A DNA stretch of 64,000 bases, taken from contig DUCN01000057.1 of the NCBI GenBank assembly GCA_012959805.1, positions 38,074 through 102,073 of the forward strand. Reading direction: 5' to 3'. The position numbers and the translations under genes are program-made. Shown piece after piece: positions 48,507 through 57,629 of this stretch; within the stretch, counting starts at the first letter, position 1; each line of letters begins with the position of its first letter. The notes beneath the pieces are model-generated. The model searched no databases. It saw only the letters and a program-made list of their open reading frames with translations, and was not told the DNA's origin. This DNA is from Myxococcales bacterium. Lineage in GTDB: Bacteria; Myxococcota_A; UBA9160; UBA4427.

Positions 48507-49286
48507 CTACCTACGCGGCATGAAGTACCAATTCACGGTGTCGTGGGGAACGTATTCCTCAATTCGCTCGTAGCCGTGTTCTGTAAAATATTTGAGAACC
48601 AACTCTTTGTGCATCGGACCGGTCGCGCCGACTTCTATGCAGATGAGTCGCGGATTGAAGTGGTCGATGTCGAAACCCGCGAGTGCGGCAGGCTATGCGC
48701 CCTCGATATCCATTGACAGAAGATCGATTCGTTCCAGACCCTGATTCTCTAGTGCCCTGTTCAGCGTAATCATGCGAACTCGAATCGGAACTGCATCCGG
48801 CCCACCCCATTGTTCCGCCTGTATTTTGCTCAGTGAGCAGGGACTCGGCTCGACGGCGACGTGGAAGACGACCCACGCGTCGTCTTTGTTGCCGACCGCG
48901 TTCGTGAGCAAGGTCGTGTCCGGACGGTCTTTCTCCCAGAACTGGCGATAGTATGCAAATGCGTCGATGGCGACTCTCGTCCACCCCAGATGCTTCTCCA
49001 GATAGTAGGTCGTACTCAATTTGATCGGATACGCGCATCCGACGTCGACGAACACGCCTTCTCGCTCGTCCTCGAAGAAGTGTCGGATGATCAGCTCTTC
49101 GTTGTGTTGGGAGTAGAGTTTCTCGTTGGCCTTCACGAAATCGACAATGTTGACTCGAGTACGAGACTCGCTCGAACGGGCTTCCGTCGACTCAGCCCCG
49201 CCCGAATCCCCCCTGACTACAGGCAACGAGTAGCGTGGCGAGAACGAGATCCCCGTGCAGGAGCCTCCGACGACGCTTTTCGGCAA
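48507..49286 (-). pseudogene. FkbM-family methyltransferase interrupted by an in-frame TAG
   Basis: YSQHNEE, FVDVGC, ST.YLEK.LGW, IDLLSMDIEGA*PAALAGFDIDHFNPRLICIE...NWYFMPRR*. Stop at 48693-48695 where DIEGxE is expected. Start uncertain. Confidence 0.8.
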
Positions 49287-49791
49287 TCAGAGACTCCATC
49301 CGCATGTTCACAACACAGTCCTTTCCGGCGTCGAGCCGGGAAATCGACGAACGCTTCGCCGGTGACTGGGCTCATGTGTCTTATCGGTGGGCTTCTTTTT
49401 AGAAGATTACCTTGTCAGAAGACTACTGAGCAGTGATATTAAAAAAGTCGTTGAAATGGCCTGTTCGAGATCAGGCCCGCACGCCACTTGTTGCCTGGTG
49501 GGACCCCACGATGCTGGACTCGATCCGATTCATGGCGGTCGGGATCGATCACTTCCACATCGGAGCCGAAACAAAACGACGCCCCCTGAGCATTACTCAA
49601 GGAGCGTCGAACTGTGTGGTAGCGGGGGCCCGATCAGACCGGTTGCATATGGGGCTGCACCGGGTCGTCCTGAGGATGCACTTTGAAGGGTAAGTCGCTG
49701 GTCCGGCGACCGTTTCCGTTGCCTGGACAGGAAGTCCCTGTTAGCTTTCGGCGACACTCCGAAATGAAATAGAAACCAAAGGGAAGATCCG

Positions 49792-51255
49792 GTGAGATCA
49801 TTCGCGATTCTTATCATCCCATTCGTGCTGGCTTGCCAGATCCTATCTTCGGCGCCAGCGGACTCTGCAGAAAGCACTCAAAAGCTGGCCGAAGATGCAT
49901 ATCTTTACGGGCTTCAGCAGGTGATCTTCTACGAGACGCGCTTCAACTACACCCAGAATGAAGGCAGCGCTGTCTACGAGGGCATCAATCGCTGGAACGT
50001 GGTGAACGACGGGAAGCCGATCGACGCCAGCTTCCGATCCATTGTCACGCCCAACGCGACGACCGCCTACGCGATCGGATTCTTTGACCTGTCCACCGAA
50101 CCCGTGGTGGTCGAAATGCCGCAGGTCGAGGATCGCTACTTCTCGCTACAGATCATGGACCCCTACGGCATTTTCTGGCTGTACGCGGGGAATCAATTCA
50201 ATGGGACGAAGGCACGGTCCTACCTGATCGTGCCAGAAGATTACGACGGCGCGATTCCGCCTGAATTCGTCACGACGGACGTCATCAGGGTTCCGTCCAG
50301 GACGCTCTGCGGGATCATTCGCTATGCACGACAGGATTCCGCCAATCCAGCGGAGCAAGGTCTCATCAATGGCCTCTTTGCTGGCTCTACGATCACACCC
50401 CTCGGTCAGTGGGTCGCCAACGACAGCCGCGGCATGTCCCGAGAGGATCTGTCGATCGTGCCGGGAAGCTACCCAACCTTTCCGAGGCAGAGGGAGCTGA
50501 CCACTGCGCAAGTCGACAAGCAGACAGCCGAGAACTTCTTCACGTTGTTGAGTCTGGTTCTGAACGACCCGAGCACGACTCCGATCGTCGATTCAGAAAT
50601 GGAGAGCGCGATGCTGAATCGACTCGAGACGATCGGTGTCGGCAAGGGTCTCGACTTCGATTGGTCAAAGCTGGATCGCAACACTCAGGAAGTCCTGACG
50701 GCCGGCTTCAAGGCGGGGCGCGCCCACGTCAAGGAATCAGGCATGAAGAACCTGATAGACATGAACGGCTGGGGAACGATCGAGAATACCGGTGGTTTCG
50801 CCACGAATTGGCTCGCGCGCGCGATCATGGCGGACTTCGGTTGGCTCGGCCCGGATCGAAACATTTCTCATGGTGCGGCCTTCGCCTTCACCGACGCGGA
50901 CGGTGTACCGCTCGATGGAAAACACGACTACACGATCACGTTCGACCTGAAGGATCTCCCGCCAGTGACGCAGTTCTGGGAACTGCCGATCTACGACGCC
51001 GAGGGCTATTTCGTCGAGAATGAAATCGATCGGTTCAGCATCAACTCGTTCGATCTCGAGAAGGGGCAACTCCATGTCGCGGACGACAAGCTCGTACTCT
51101 ACGTCCAGCACGAGAAGCCGACCGACCCGAACGAGCTGAAGAACTGGCTGCCCGCCCCGCCAGAGCGCTTCCGTTTCACCCCCCGCTTCTACGGTCCCAG
51201 GTACAGCTTGATCGACGGTACCTACGCCATGCCGCAGGTTGTGCGGAAAAAGTGA
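49792..51255 (+). CDS. Exported DUF1254/DUF1214 domain protein
   Basis: Signal peptide, AYLYG, IVTPNATT.Y..FDL..EP.V, RYFSLQ.MD, D..G.PLDG...Y...F...PPV.QFW, NWLPAP, RFYGP. Confidence 0.88.
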   Translation: MRSFAILIIPFVLACQILSSAPADSAESTQKLAEDAYLYGLQQVIFYETRFNYTQNEGSAVYEGINRWNVVNDGKPIDASFRSIVTPNATTAYAIGFFDLSTEPVVVEMPQVEDRYFSLQIMDPYGIFWLYAGNQFNGTKARSYLIVPEDYDGAIPPEFVTTDVIRVPSRTLCGIIRYARQDSANPAEQGLINGLFAGSTITPLGQWVANDSRGMSREDLSIVPGSYPTFPRQRELTTAQVDKQTAENFFTLLSLVLNDPSTTPIVDSEMESAMLNRLETIGVGKGLDFDWSKLDRNTQEVLTAGFKAGRAHVKESGMKNLIDMNGWGTIENTGGFATNWLARAIMADFGWLGPDRNISHGAAFAFTDADGVPLDGKHDYTITFDLKDLPPVTQFWELPIYDAEGYFVENEIDRFSINSFDLEKGQLHVADDKLVLYVQHEKPTDPNELKNWLPAPPERFRFTPRFYGPRYSLIDGTYAMPQVVRKK

Positions 51256-51326
51256 TCCTGGCAGAGTCGGACGCCTGCCAGCCCCTGGCTCGACCGACTC
51301 CTGGCTCGGCTCTCCTCAAAAGCACA

Positions 51327-51365
51327 AACGCCCGGCCGTCCTGAGACGACCGGGCGTTCGCTTTT
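51327..51365. terminator. Terminator hairpin between the DUF1254 gene and the convergent tRNA
   Basis: AACGCCCGGCCGTC-CTGA-GACGACCGGGCGTT followed by CGCTTTT. Confidence 0.65.
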
Positions 51366-51378
51366 CTCTTCGAGAAAT

Positions 51379-51455
<77 letters not shown>

Positions 51456-51600
51456 ACAGATTCTGGGAGCCGGATATTATGGGCGCTCGGGGATTTGTCA
51501 ATCGTGAACGGGCAACGAGTCGGCATTTACAGTGTAGTCAAAGCAAATTCGCGCCATATATTGGCCCGGCTTCCCACGAAGGATCATGGAGGTATTGCTC

Positions 51601-52203
51601 ATGCTGAAGGTCAAGACTGGGTTGCGAATCGGAAAAATCCTTTTGGGAGTCTTTCTGGTCGCCGGTCTGGCCGGGCCCGCCTTTGCCGGCAATGTGTATT
51701 CGTGGGTGACCGAAGACGGTACCTACGCGTTTACAGATGATTCAAAACGAATCCCGGCAAAGCATCGAGCGGAGGCGCGGAAGCGACCGATGGGAAGGCT
51801 GACTCGTTACGAGCGGTTTACCCCGATGTCTTCTGCTTTCACGAAATCGCACGCGGAGAAACTTCGCGAGCGACAGATGGAGCTCCGCAAGATGACCGCA
51901 ATGGCGCTGAAGAGTGCAGTTGTGGGAGCGGCTCGATCGCAGGCGATCGGACTCGATTATTCGATTCCGGTTTCCGGCGGCAGCGGAGGCAGGGGTGCTT
52001 CGATCGAGGTGCCGATTGGAAATGGGGCTCTGCCCGATTTCGAACCGACCACGATCGAAAACATTCGTGTCAAACCGCAAAATAGCCTGGCCACCCGACA
52101 CTGGACGGTCGTCAAGAAGGGCGATCGACTCGTGACCGTGATCAAGGGCGAGCTCACTCAGCAATCGCTGAGAAGCAAGTCCGAGAGCGATTTCGATCTC
52201 TAG
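51601..52203 (+). CDS. Exported DUF4124-like protein
   Basis: Signal peptide ending AFA, then VYSWVTEDG.YAFTD...IP.K.R; GGAGG RBS. Confidence 0.75.
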   Translation: MLKVKTGLRIGKILLGVFLVAGLAGPAFAGNVYSWVTEDGTYAFTDDSKRIPAKHRAEARKRPMGRLTRYERFTPMSSAFTKSHAEKLRERQMELRKMTAMALKSAVVGAARSQAIGLDYSIPVSGGSGGRGASIEVPIGNGALPDFEPTTIENIRVKPQNSLATRHWTVVKKGDRLVTVIKGELTQQSLRSKSESDFDL

Positions 52204-52209
52204 ATCGAA

Positions 52210-52250
52210 AAGCACGTCCCGAGAAGCGTTTTTCTTCTCGGGACGTGCTT
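52210..52250. terminator. 17-bp perfect inverted repeat between convergent genes
   Basis: AAGCACGTCCCGAGAAG-CGTTTTT-CTTCTCGGGACGTGCTT. Confidence 0.7.
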
Positions 52251-52302
52251 GTCTTGGGCGCATTCGGGGTGACCGGATTCGTCTAGAAACAGTCGTCCTG
52301 AA

Positions 52303-52833
52303 TCAGTTTTTTAGATAGAGCGGATTGCGACCGCCGTCGTCGGAATCATCCCGTTCTGTCTGCCCGGTTGCGGCCGGTGCCTGGATGTCTTCGTCTTCCA
52401 CTTCGAAAATCCAATTTCTCGGTAAAGCGTCTCGGCGAGCCTGCTCGAGCAGCTCCATGGTCTCTTCTTCGACTTTGGCAAGATCTCGTTCGGCCTCTTC
52501 GGCATCGATGATGAACTGCTGTCGTGCGCCACCGCGCGGGTAGTTTCTGCGCCGCGCGCGCGAGTAGTTTTCACGGGACTTTTCAGCGTTATCTCGCAGT
52601 CGCGCCTGGTTCTGCAGGAGTCGACGGTAGCGACTCTGCCAAGCGTCCTTGTGACTGAGTGCAGGGTCTTCGTTTCCCGCCATGGCGACATCCGCCGCGA
52701 AGAGCGAAGCACCCGAAAGTCCGATGCCGTCAAGCGCCGCGGACAGGCCGATTACGGCCACGACGCAGAAGAGTCTTCGCAAGAGCCGATTGCAACGCAA
52801 AGATTTTTCATTTCGTGGTTGGGATCGAGTCAT
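52303..52833 (-). CDS. Exported coiled-coil hypothetical protein
   Basis: Signal-like N-terminus; W..RYR.L...helical region ending ARR..LP..W; 4-bp overlap with the upstream REC-PilZ gene. Confidence 0.7.
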   Translation of the reverse strand: MTRSQPRNEKSLRCNRLLRRLFCVVAVIGLSAALDGIGLSGASLFAADVAMAGNEDPALSHKDAWQSRYRRLLQNQARLRDNAEKSRENYSRARRRNYPRGGARQQFIIDAEEAERDLAKVEEETMELLEQARRDALPRNWIFEVEDEDIQAPAATGQTERDDSDDGGRNPLYLKN

Positions 52834-53540
52834 GCAGGAACGCTCCAGCTACGAGGAAAATGATCACTCACATAATGGTCGAGTCGGTCGACGGTCATCG
52901 CGTCAATCTCGAGAAATCGCATACCGACTCGGTCGTAACCGTCTTGAATCGGTTTGGTCCAGACGACTTGGGCCGTCGGAGTGAACCGACGTTCGTTATC
53001 TCCAAGATCGAAATGCAAAGACACTTCCTCGGCCTGATTGAAATGCATAGGCGCATCCACAACGAGGCCGCCTCGACTGACGTTGCGGATGACGCCACCA
53101 TGTCGCTGTCCGCGAGCCGCGATCTCGATGGGCGCGTCGAGCTTTGCTCGAGGTAGGCCGCGCGGAGTCGCGAAGTCGGTGAGTCGCCGAACGCTCGATA
53201 TGAGCGCATCACGCTCCAGGGGCTTGAATAGAACTTCATCGGCACCGGCGCGAACGGCCGCGGCGTGATCTTCGGGCGAATCGGGCCTGGCCAGCAGGAC
53301 GACGCGTGGGTTGCCCCAAACAGGATGGGTCTTGAATCGGCGACAGATTTCAGCGCCGTCTATGTCGGGCAGATGCATGTCTGCTATGACGATGCCGGGC
53401 GGTCGTTCGTCCGCGCATTGGAATGCGGCGGAAGCGCAGTCGGCTAGATCGACGGGCCCGCTTCGTGAGAGGAATATGGAGCCTAGGTCCCGAAATATCG
53501 GAACATCGTCCACGAGCAGAATTCTTGTTGTACTCGACAC
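52830..53540 (-). CDS. Response regulator receiver domain + PilZ domain protein
   Basis: ILLVDD, IADMHLP.IDG, AGA...LFKP; PilZ RGLPR (RxxxR) and NVSRGG (D/NxSxxG). Probable GTG start at 53540. Confidence 0.85.
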   Translation of the reverse strand: MSSTTRILLVDDVPIFRDLGSIFLSRSGPVDLADCASAAFQCADERPPGIVIADMHLPDIDGAEICRRFKTHPVWGNPRVVLLARPDSPEDHAAAVRAGADEVLFKPLERDALISSVRRLTDFATPRGLPRAKLDAPIEIAARGQRHGGVIRNVSRGGLVVDAPMHFNQAEEVSLHFDLGDNERRFTPTAQVVWTKPIQDGYDRVGMRFLEIDAMTVDRLDHYVSDHFPRSWSVPA

Positions 53541-53544
53541 GTTG

Positions 53545-54009
53545 TTAGTTGAACGCGAGTTGCCGAAGGCCGTCGAAGGTGGACGTGACATTCCAGTTAT
53601 TTGAGATCCCGCTGCGCGTCCACTCCTGCTCCTCGGTGATTTTGATTTCATAGGGAAGCGCGGTCGTGTAGAGGGTGTAAGTGACGCTGATGGTCGCCTT
53701 CTGTTTTTTGGAATCGAGTTCGATGGGCTGAGACTCGTATTCCGTGATCCGCGCATCGCCTAGTTGCTGCATCTGTGTCATGAAGGCATCTCGATCCTCA
53801 GTGGCAACAAATGCGCGGGCTTTCTGGAACTGCGACCAGCGAACGAGCACCGTGTATCGATGCTGGGATTCCGTCAGCGTGAGTTGTCGATCGAAAGGGT
53901 CGCCGAAGCGGAATTCGCCATTGGCGCAGCCCAGGACACTGACCAGTACGGTCATCGCCAGGATGATCGACAAGGGACGACGAATGAGACGAGCGGGGGT
54001 TCTTGGCAT
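53545..54009 (-). CDS. Hypothetical lipoprotein
   Basis: GGAGG RBS, signal peptide with lipobox VLGC, Y...VRW..F..A..FV. Confidence 0.75.
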   Translation of the reverse strand: MPRTPARLIRRPLSIILAMTVLVSVLGCANGEFRFGDPFDRQLTLTESQHRYTVLVRWSQFQKARAFVATEDRDAFMTQMQQLGDARITEYESQPIELDSKKQKATISVTYTLYTTALPYEIKITEEQEWTRSGISNNWNVTSTFDGLRQLAFN

Positions 54010-54073
54010 GGTGGCCTCCGTTAGATTCCTGCGACCGGCAGATTCGGCTGCACATGCCTGACGCGGCATACAA

Positions 54074-54103
54074 TCTCATCGGCCGAGGCGGCTCTTTTCT
54101 TCA
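54074..54103 (-). promoter_or_regulatory. Putative sigma28-type promoter for the lipoprotein/REC-PilZ operon
   Basis: Minus strand TGAAG-N15-GCCGATGAGA, about 65 nt upstream of the start at 54009. Confidence 0.45.
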
Positions 54104-54151
54104 ATATGATTGTGATAGCGTCTGCCCCGAAGGGCGGAGCAGACCACCAAA

Positions 54152-55159
54152 ATGCTGTTTCTCGGAATCGATATCGGCGGAACGAAGCGAGTCGTCGTGG
54201 TCGGAGATCACAGCGGCCAACTGCTCGAGCATATCCGCAAGCCGATGGAGAATTCGGGCGACTGGCGAGCCGATCTCGCCTGCCTGGTCGCCGACGGTCG
54301 AGAACTCGTAGCGGGCTGGCAGGAGCGGACGGGAGAGCGACTTGGTCGAGTCGGCGTCTCGGTGCCCGGACCCGCCGACACCCGCCGTGGCATCCTGTTG
54401 AATCCGCCCAATCTCCCAAACTGGCACAACGCGCCCATCGGTGATGTGCTTCGTGAGGCCTTTTCAGTCGAGGTCCGCGTCGAGAATGACGCGAATGCTG
54501 CGGCGCTAGCTGAATTCGAGTTCGGAGCCGGCCGAGGCTGCCGAGACATGGTCTACCTGACGATGTCGACCGGAGTGGGCGCCGGTGTGATTGCCGATGG
54601 CCAGCTGCTGCGAGGCGCCTTTGGGGCGGCTGGAGAGGCAGGGCATCTCCCCGTCGAGTCTCCCGGCGAGAAGTGTCGATGTGGGCTCTCAGGCTGCCTG
54701 GAAGCCTATGTGGGTGGCCATGCGTGGCGATCCCGCCTGCAACGGGTCGTTCCAGTCGATAGCGCGGTCTATTCCCTCGCAGGTCGGGATCGTGAGGCGG
54801 TTCGCCCCGAGCATCTGATCGCTGCGGCTCGCCGGGGCGATTTGTTTGCGTGCGGCGAATTTGATCGTTGGCTCGATTACATGGCCCGGGGATTGGTTCC
54901 TATCGTCATGCTGCTTGAGCCGGAACGGATCGTTCTCGGCACGATCCCGACCGCTGCAGGCGAAGCACTTTGTTTTGAGCCGCTTCGCAAGCGCGTGACC
55001 CGGCTGGTTTGGCCACATCAGTCTGAACGCCTGGATATCATCGCGACCGAGCTCGGCGATGAACTGCCCCAGCGAGCCGGGTTGGCGGTGGCGCTATCCG
55101 GGTTGTCCATGTCGGAGGGATCAAAATCAACCTCGGACCCCGCACGGTCTGCAAGCTGA
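54152..55159 (+). CDS. ROK-family sugar kinase (glucokinase-like)
   Basis: GIDIGGTK, VENDANAAALAE..FGAG, STGVGAG, GEAGH, CRCG.SGCLEAY. Confidence 0.92.
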   Translation: MLFLGIDIGGTKRVVVVGDHSGQLLEHIRKPMENSGDWRADLACLVADGRELVAGWQERTGERLGRVGVSVPGPADTRRGILLNPPNLPNWHNAPIGDVLREAFSVEVRVENDANAAALAEFEFGAGRGCRDMVYLTMSTGVGAGVIADGQLLRGAFGAAGEAGHLPVESPGEKCRCGLSGCLEAYVGGHAWRSRLQRVVPVDSAVYSLAGRDREAVRPEHLIAAARRGDLFACGEFDRWLDYMARGLVPIVMLLEPERIVLGTIPTAAGEALCFEPLRKRVTRLVWPHQSERLDIIATELGDELPQRAGLAVALSGLSMSEGSKSTSDPARSAS

Positions 55160-55290
55160 GCCTCCCAGCGCCCATTTCATGCACCAAGGAGGCTGAGGCC
55201 TCGACGACTTCGTGGAGCGTGGCGGTTCGGGAGCTGCATCGGAGAAATGTGCAACGCCCCTGAGTCTGGTGCGCTGATTTCGGAGTTGGC

Positions 55291-56499
55291 TCAGCCTGGA
55301 CGCTCGGCGAGTTCTTCGATCTCGGCATGCAGGGCGTCGAATTGACCGTCTTCGATGGCGCGTTGCGCGCGAGAGAGAAGGTTAAAGTAATACGTGAGGT
55401 TGTGGAGCGCGGTCAATCTCCTTCCGAGACTTTCTCCGCTTCGAATCAGGTGCCGCAGATAGCCGCGGCTGTGTCGCTGGCAGGCCGGACACGCGCATGC
55501 GGGATCGACGGGTTGGTCGTCTCGTTCATAGCGGGCATTGCGAAGGCGCAGCGTGCCCTGGGAAGTGAACAGGAGCCCGTGTCGACCGTTGCGGGTCGGC
55601 ACAACGCAGTCGAAGAGATCGACACCCGCCGCGATGCCGTCGAGCAGATCGATCGGTTGCCCCAGCCCCATCAGGTAGCGCGGGCGATCCGCAGGCAGGA
55701 CCTGATTTGCCACAGCCACGGCCGCCCGACGTTCGGCCCGCGACTCACCGAGACCCAGGCCGCCGTGGGCATAGCCATCGAATTCGAGTTCTGCAGTGGC
55801 TATTGCACTCTCTCGTCGCAAAGACTCCGATGCGCCGCCTTGAACGATCGCGAAGACGGCCTGGTCGTTCCGACGCCGCGCCTTTTGTGAGCGCGCAGCC
55901 CAGCGAAGCGTTCGCTGCATGGCGCGTTCCAGTTCACGCGCCGACGTGCGTTCAGTCTTTGATCTCGCAGTAGCTGGATCATCATCTTGGGAGGACGTTT
56001 GTCGGGAGGAGGACTTATCGCCTGCCAATGGCTCTTCGGCGATCGGAATACACTCGTCCAGGACCATCGCAATGTCCGAGCCGAGGGCTTCCTGGATTTG
56101 AATCGCGATTTCGGGGGTGAGTGAACGTCGTCGGCCGTCGATGGCCGATTGGAAGGTGACGCCGTCTTCGTCGATCTTGGCTCGATCCGACATGGACGTG
56201 ACCTGGAATCCGCCGCTATCCGTGAGCCACGGTCCCGTCCAACCCGTGAATCCGTGCAGACCGCCAAGCGCTTCGATGGTCTCTTCACCCGGTCGATCAT
56301 GAAGATGATAGGTGTTCGACAACAGGATCTGGGCACCGGCCGTAGCGAGCTCGTCGGGGCTGATGCCTCGCACGGCACCGAAGGTCGCCACCGGCATGAA
56401 CGCGGGTGTCTCGATTTCGCCGTGCGGTGTCGAGATCTGCGCGCGCCGGGCCAGCCCGTCCTGGGCGAGAATCTTGATTCCGAATCCTTCAGCTTTCAT
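55291..56499 (-). CDS. tgt: tRNA-guanine(34) transglycosylase
   Basis: TPAFMPV, NTYHL, TDSGGFQV, LDEC, IVQGG, RYLMG.G, DLFDCV.PTRNGR, CACPAC...HN. Confidence 0.96.
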   Translation of the reverse strand: MKAEGFGIKILAQDGLARRAQISTPHGEIETPAFMPVATFGAVRGISPDELATAGAQILLSNTYHLHDRPGEETIEALGGLHGFTGWTGPWLTDSGGFQVTSMSDRAKIDEDGVTFQSAIDGRRRSLTPEIAIQIQEALGSDIAMVLDECIPIAEEPLAGDKSSSRQTSSQDDDPATARSKTERTSARELERAMQRTLRWAARSQKARRRNDQAVFAIVQGGASESLRRESAIATAELEFDGYAHGGLGLGESRAERRAAVAVANQVLPADRPRYLMGLGQPIDLLDGIAAGVDLFDCVVPTRNGRHGLLFTSQGTLRLRNARYERDDQPVDPACACPACQRHSRGYLRHLIRSGESLGRRLTALHNLTYYFNLLSRAQRAIEDGQFDALHAEIEELAERPG

Positions 56500-57629
56500 T
56501 GATCGTCCGATTTTTTTTGGTTTTCGCTCTGACCGCTTCGTTCGCAGCCCAAGACCAACATCGCATCACCATAGGAATAGAATCGAAAGCCTTCTCGGAT
56601 TGCACGCGCATAGGCGTCGAGCAAGGCGCGGCGTCCAACAAATTCGGCCACGAGCAGCAGCAGCGATGACTTTGGCAGATGAAAGTTCGTGAGCAGGCCG
56701 TCGATGGCGCGAAAGGGCGGACCACCGGGGCGGATGAAGAGATCCGTCGTTCCGGATCCCTCGTGGAGGTTTCCATCGGCATCGGCCTGACTCTCGAGAA
56801 CTCGTGCCGTTGTCGTCCCAACCGCGATGACGCGTCCACCGCTCGCGCGGGTCTGATTGACCGCGGCAACGGTCTCCGCTGAAAGAATGAACTCCTCGGG
56901 ATGCAAACGCCCGGTGAGCATGGAAACCGCTTCGAGTGGTCGGAAGGTGCCCGCCCCAACATGCAGTACGACTTCGGCTCGCCTAACGCCCGCCTCCTCG
57001 AGACCATGGAAGAGGCCGGCACTAAAATGAAGCCCCGCGGTAGGAGCCGCGATGGCACCGGGTTCCTTTGCGTAGATCGTCTGGTATCGCTCTAGATCCT
57101 CCGATGACCGAGGACTCGAGCGGCGGATATAGGGGGGCAGCGGTGCCTCACCATACGCGTAGGGATCGACTTGGGAATCGAAGTGCAGCGTGACCTCGCC
57201 GCGTTCGTGGATGGCGGTAATGGTGGCATCGAGTTCAGAATTGGGGCCGAAGCGAAAGCCCAGGCCTTCTCGAATGCGACCGGTGCATTTGATGAGGGCG
57301 CGATGCCTCGATTCGCTTTTCGGGTCGGGTCCGAGTAGAAGCGCCTCCGCTGCGCCTCCGCTGGTTTTGCGTCCGACCAGGCGTGCCGACCGAACACGGG
57401 TCGAATTCATCACCAGGAGATCGCCTTCGTGAAGCCATCGGGTCAGATCCCGGACGCGATGATCTGGGTCAGATTTGAGGACTTTTCCGGTCTCTCTGTC
57501 GAGTACCATCAGCCGAGCGGAATCGCGCTCGGCTGATGGGGCCTGCGCGATACTCGACTCGGGTAATTCGAAGTCGTAGTCGTCCAGAATCGAGAGGGGG
57601 TCCGAGCCTCGCCGATCAGCGGACGTCAT
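56496..57629 (-). CDS. queA: S-adenosylmethionine:tRNA ribosyltransferase-isomerase
   Basis: DYDFELP...IAQ.P, PLPPYI, RYQT.YA..GA.AAPTAGLHF, LHVGAGTF, AVGTT, TNFHLPKS, FYSYGDAM. Confidence 0.97.
   Translation of the reverse strand: MTSADRRGSDPLSILDDYDFELPESSIAQAPSAERDSARLMVLDRETGKVLKSDPDHRVRDLTRWLHEGDLLVMNSTRVRSARLVGRKTSGGAAEALLLGPDPKSESRHRALIKCTGRIREGLGFRFGPNSELDATITAIHERGEVTLHFDSQVDPYAYGEAPLPPYIRRSSPRSSEDLERYQTIYAKEPGAIAAPTAGLHFSAGLFHGLEEAGVRRAEVVLHVGAGTFRPLEAVSMLTGRLHPEEFILSAETVAAVNQTRASGGRVIAVGTTTARVLESQADADGNLHEGSGTTDLFIRPGGPPFRAIDGLLTNFHLPKSSLLLLVAEFVGRRALLDAYARAIREGFRFYSYGDAMLVLGCERSGQSENQKKSDDQ

Noticed and set aside
43473-48695. Three in-frame TAG codons (NTase, LysR, FkbM) suggesting amber recoding or pyrrolysine
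   Set aside because: The expected residues differ (about Tyr, Gln and Glu), each is one substitution from TAG, two of the genes are also truncated, and many intact genes here (rpsA, ihfB, scpA, scpB) end normally at TAG.
49425-49700. Possible IS end (AAAAAAGTCGTTGAAATGGCC) and short ORFs
   Set aside because: No matching inverted repeat, target duplication or transposase-like translation was found.
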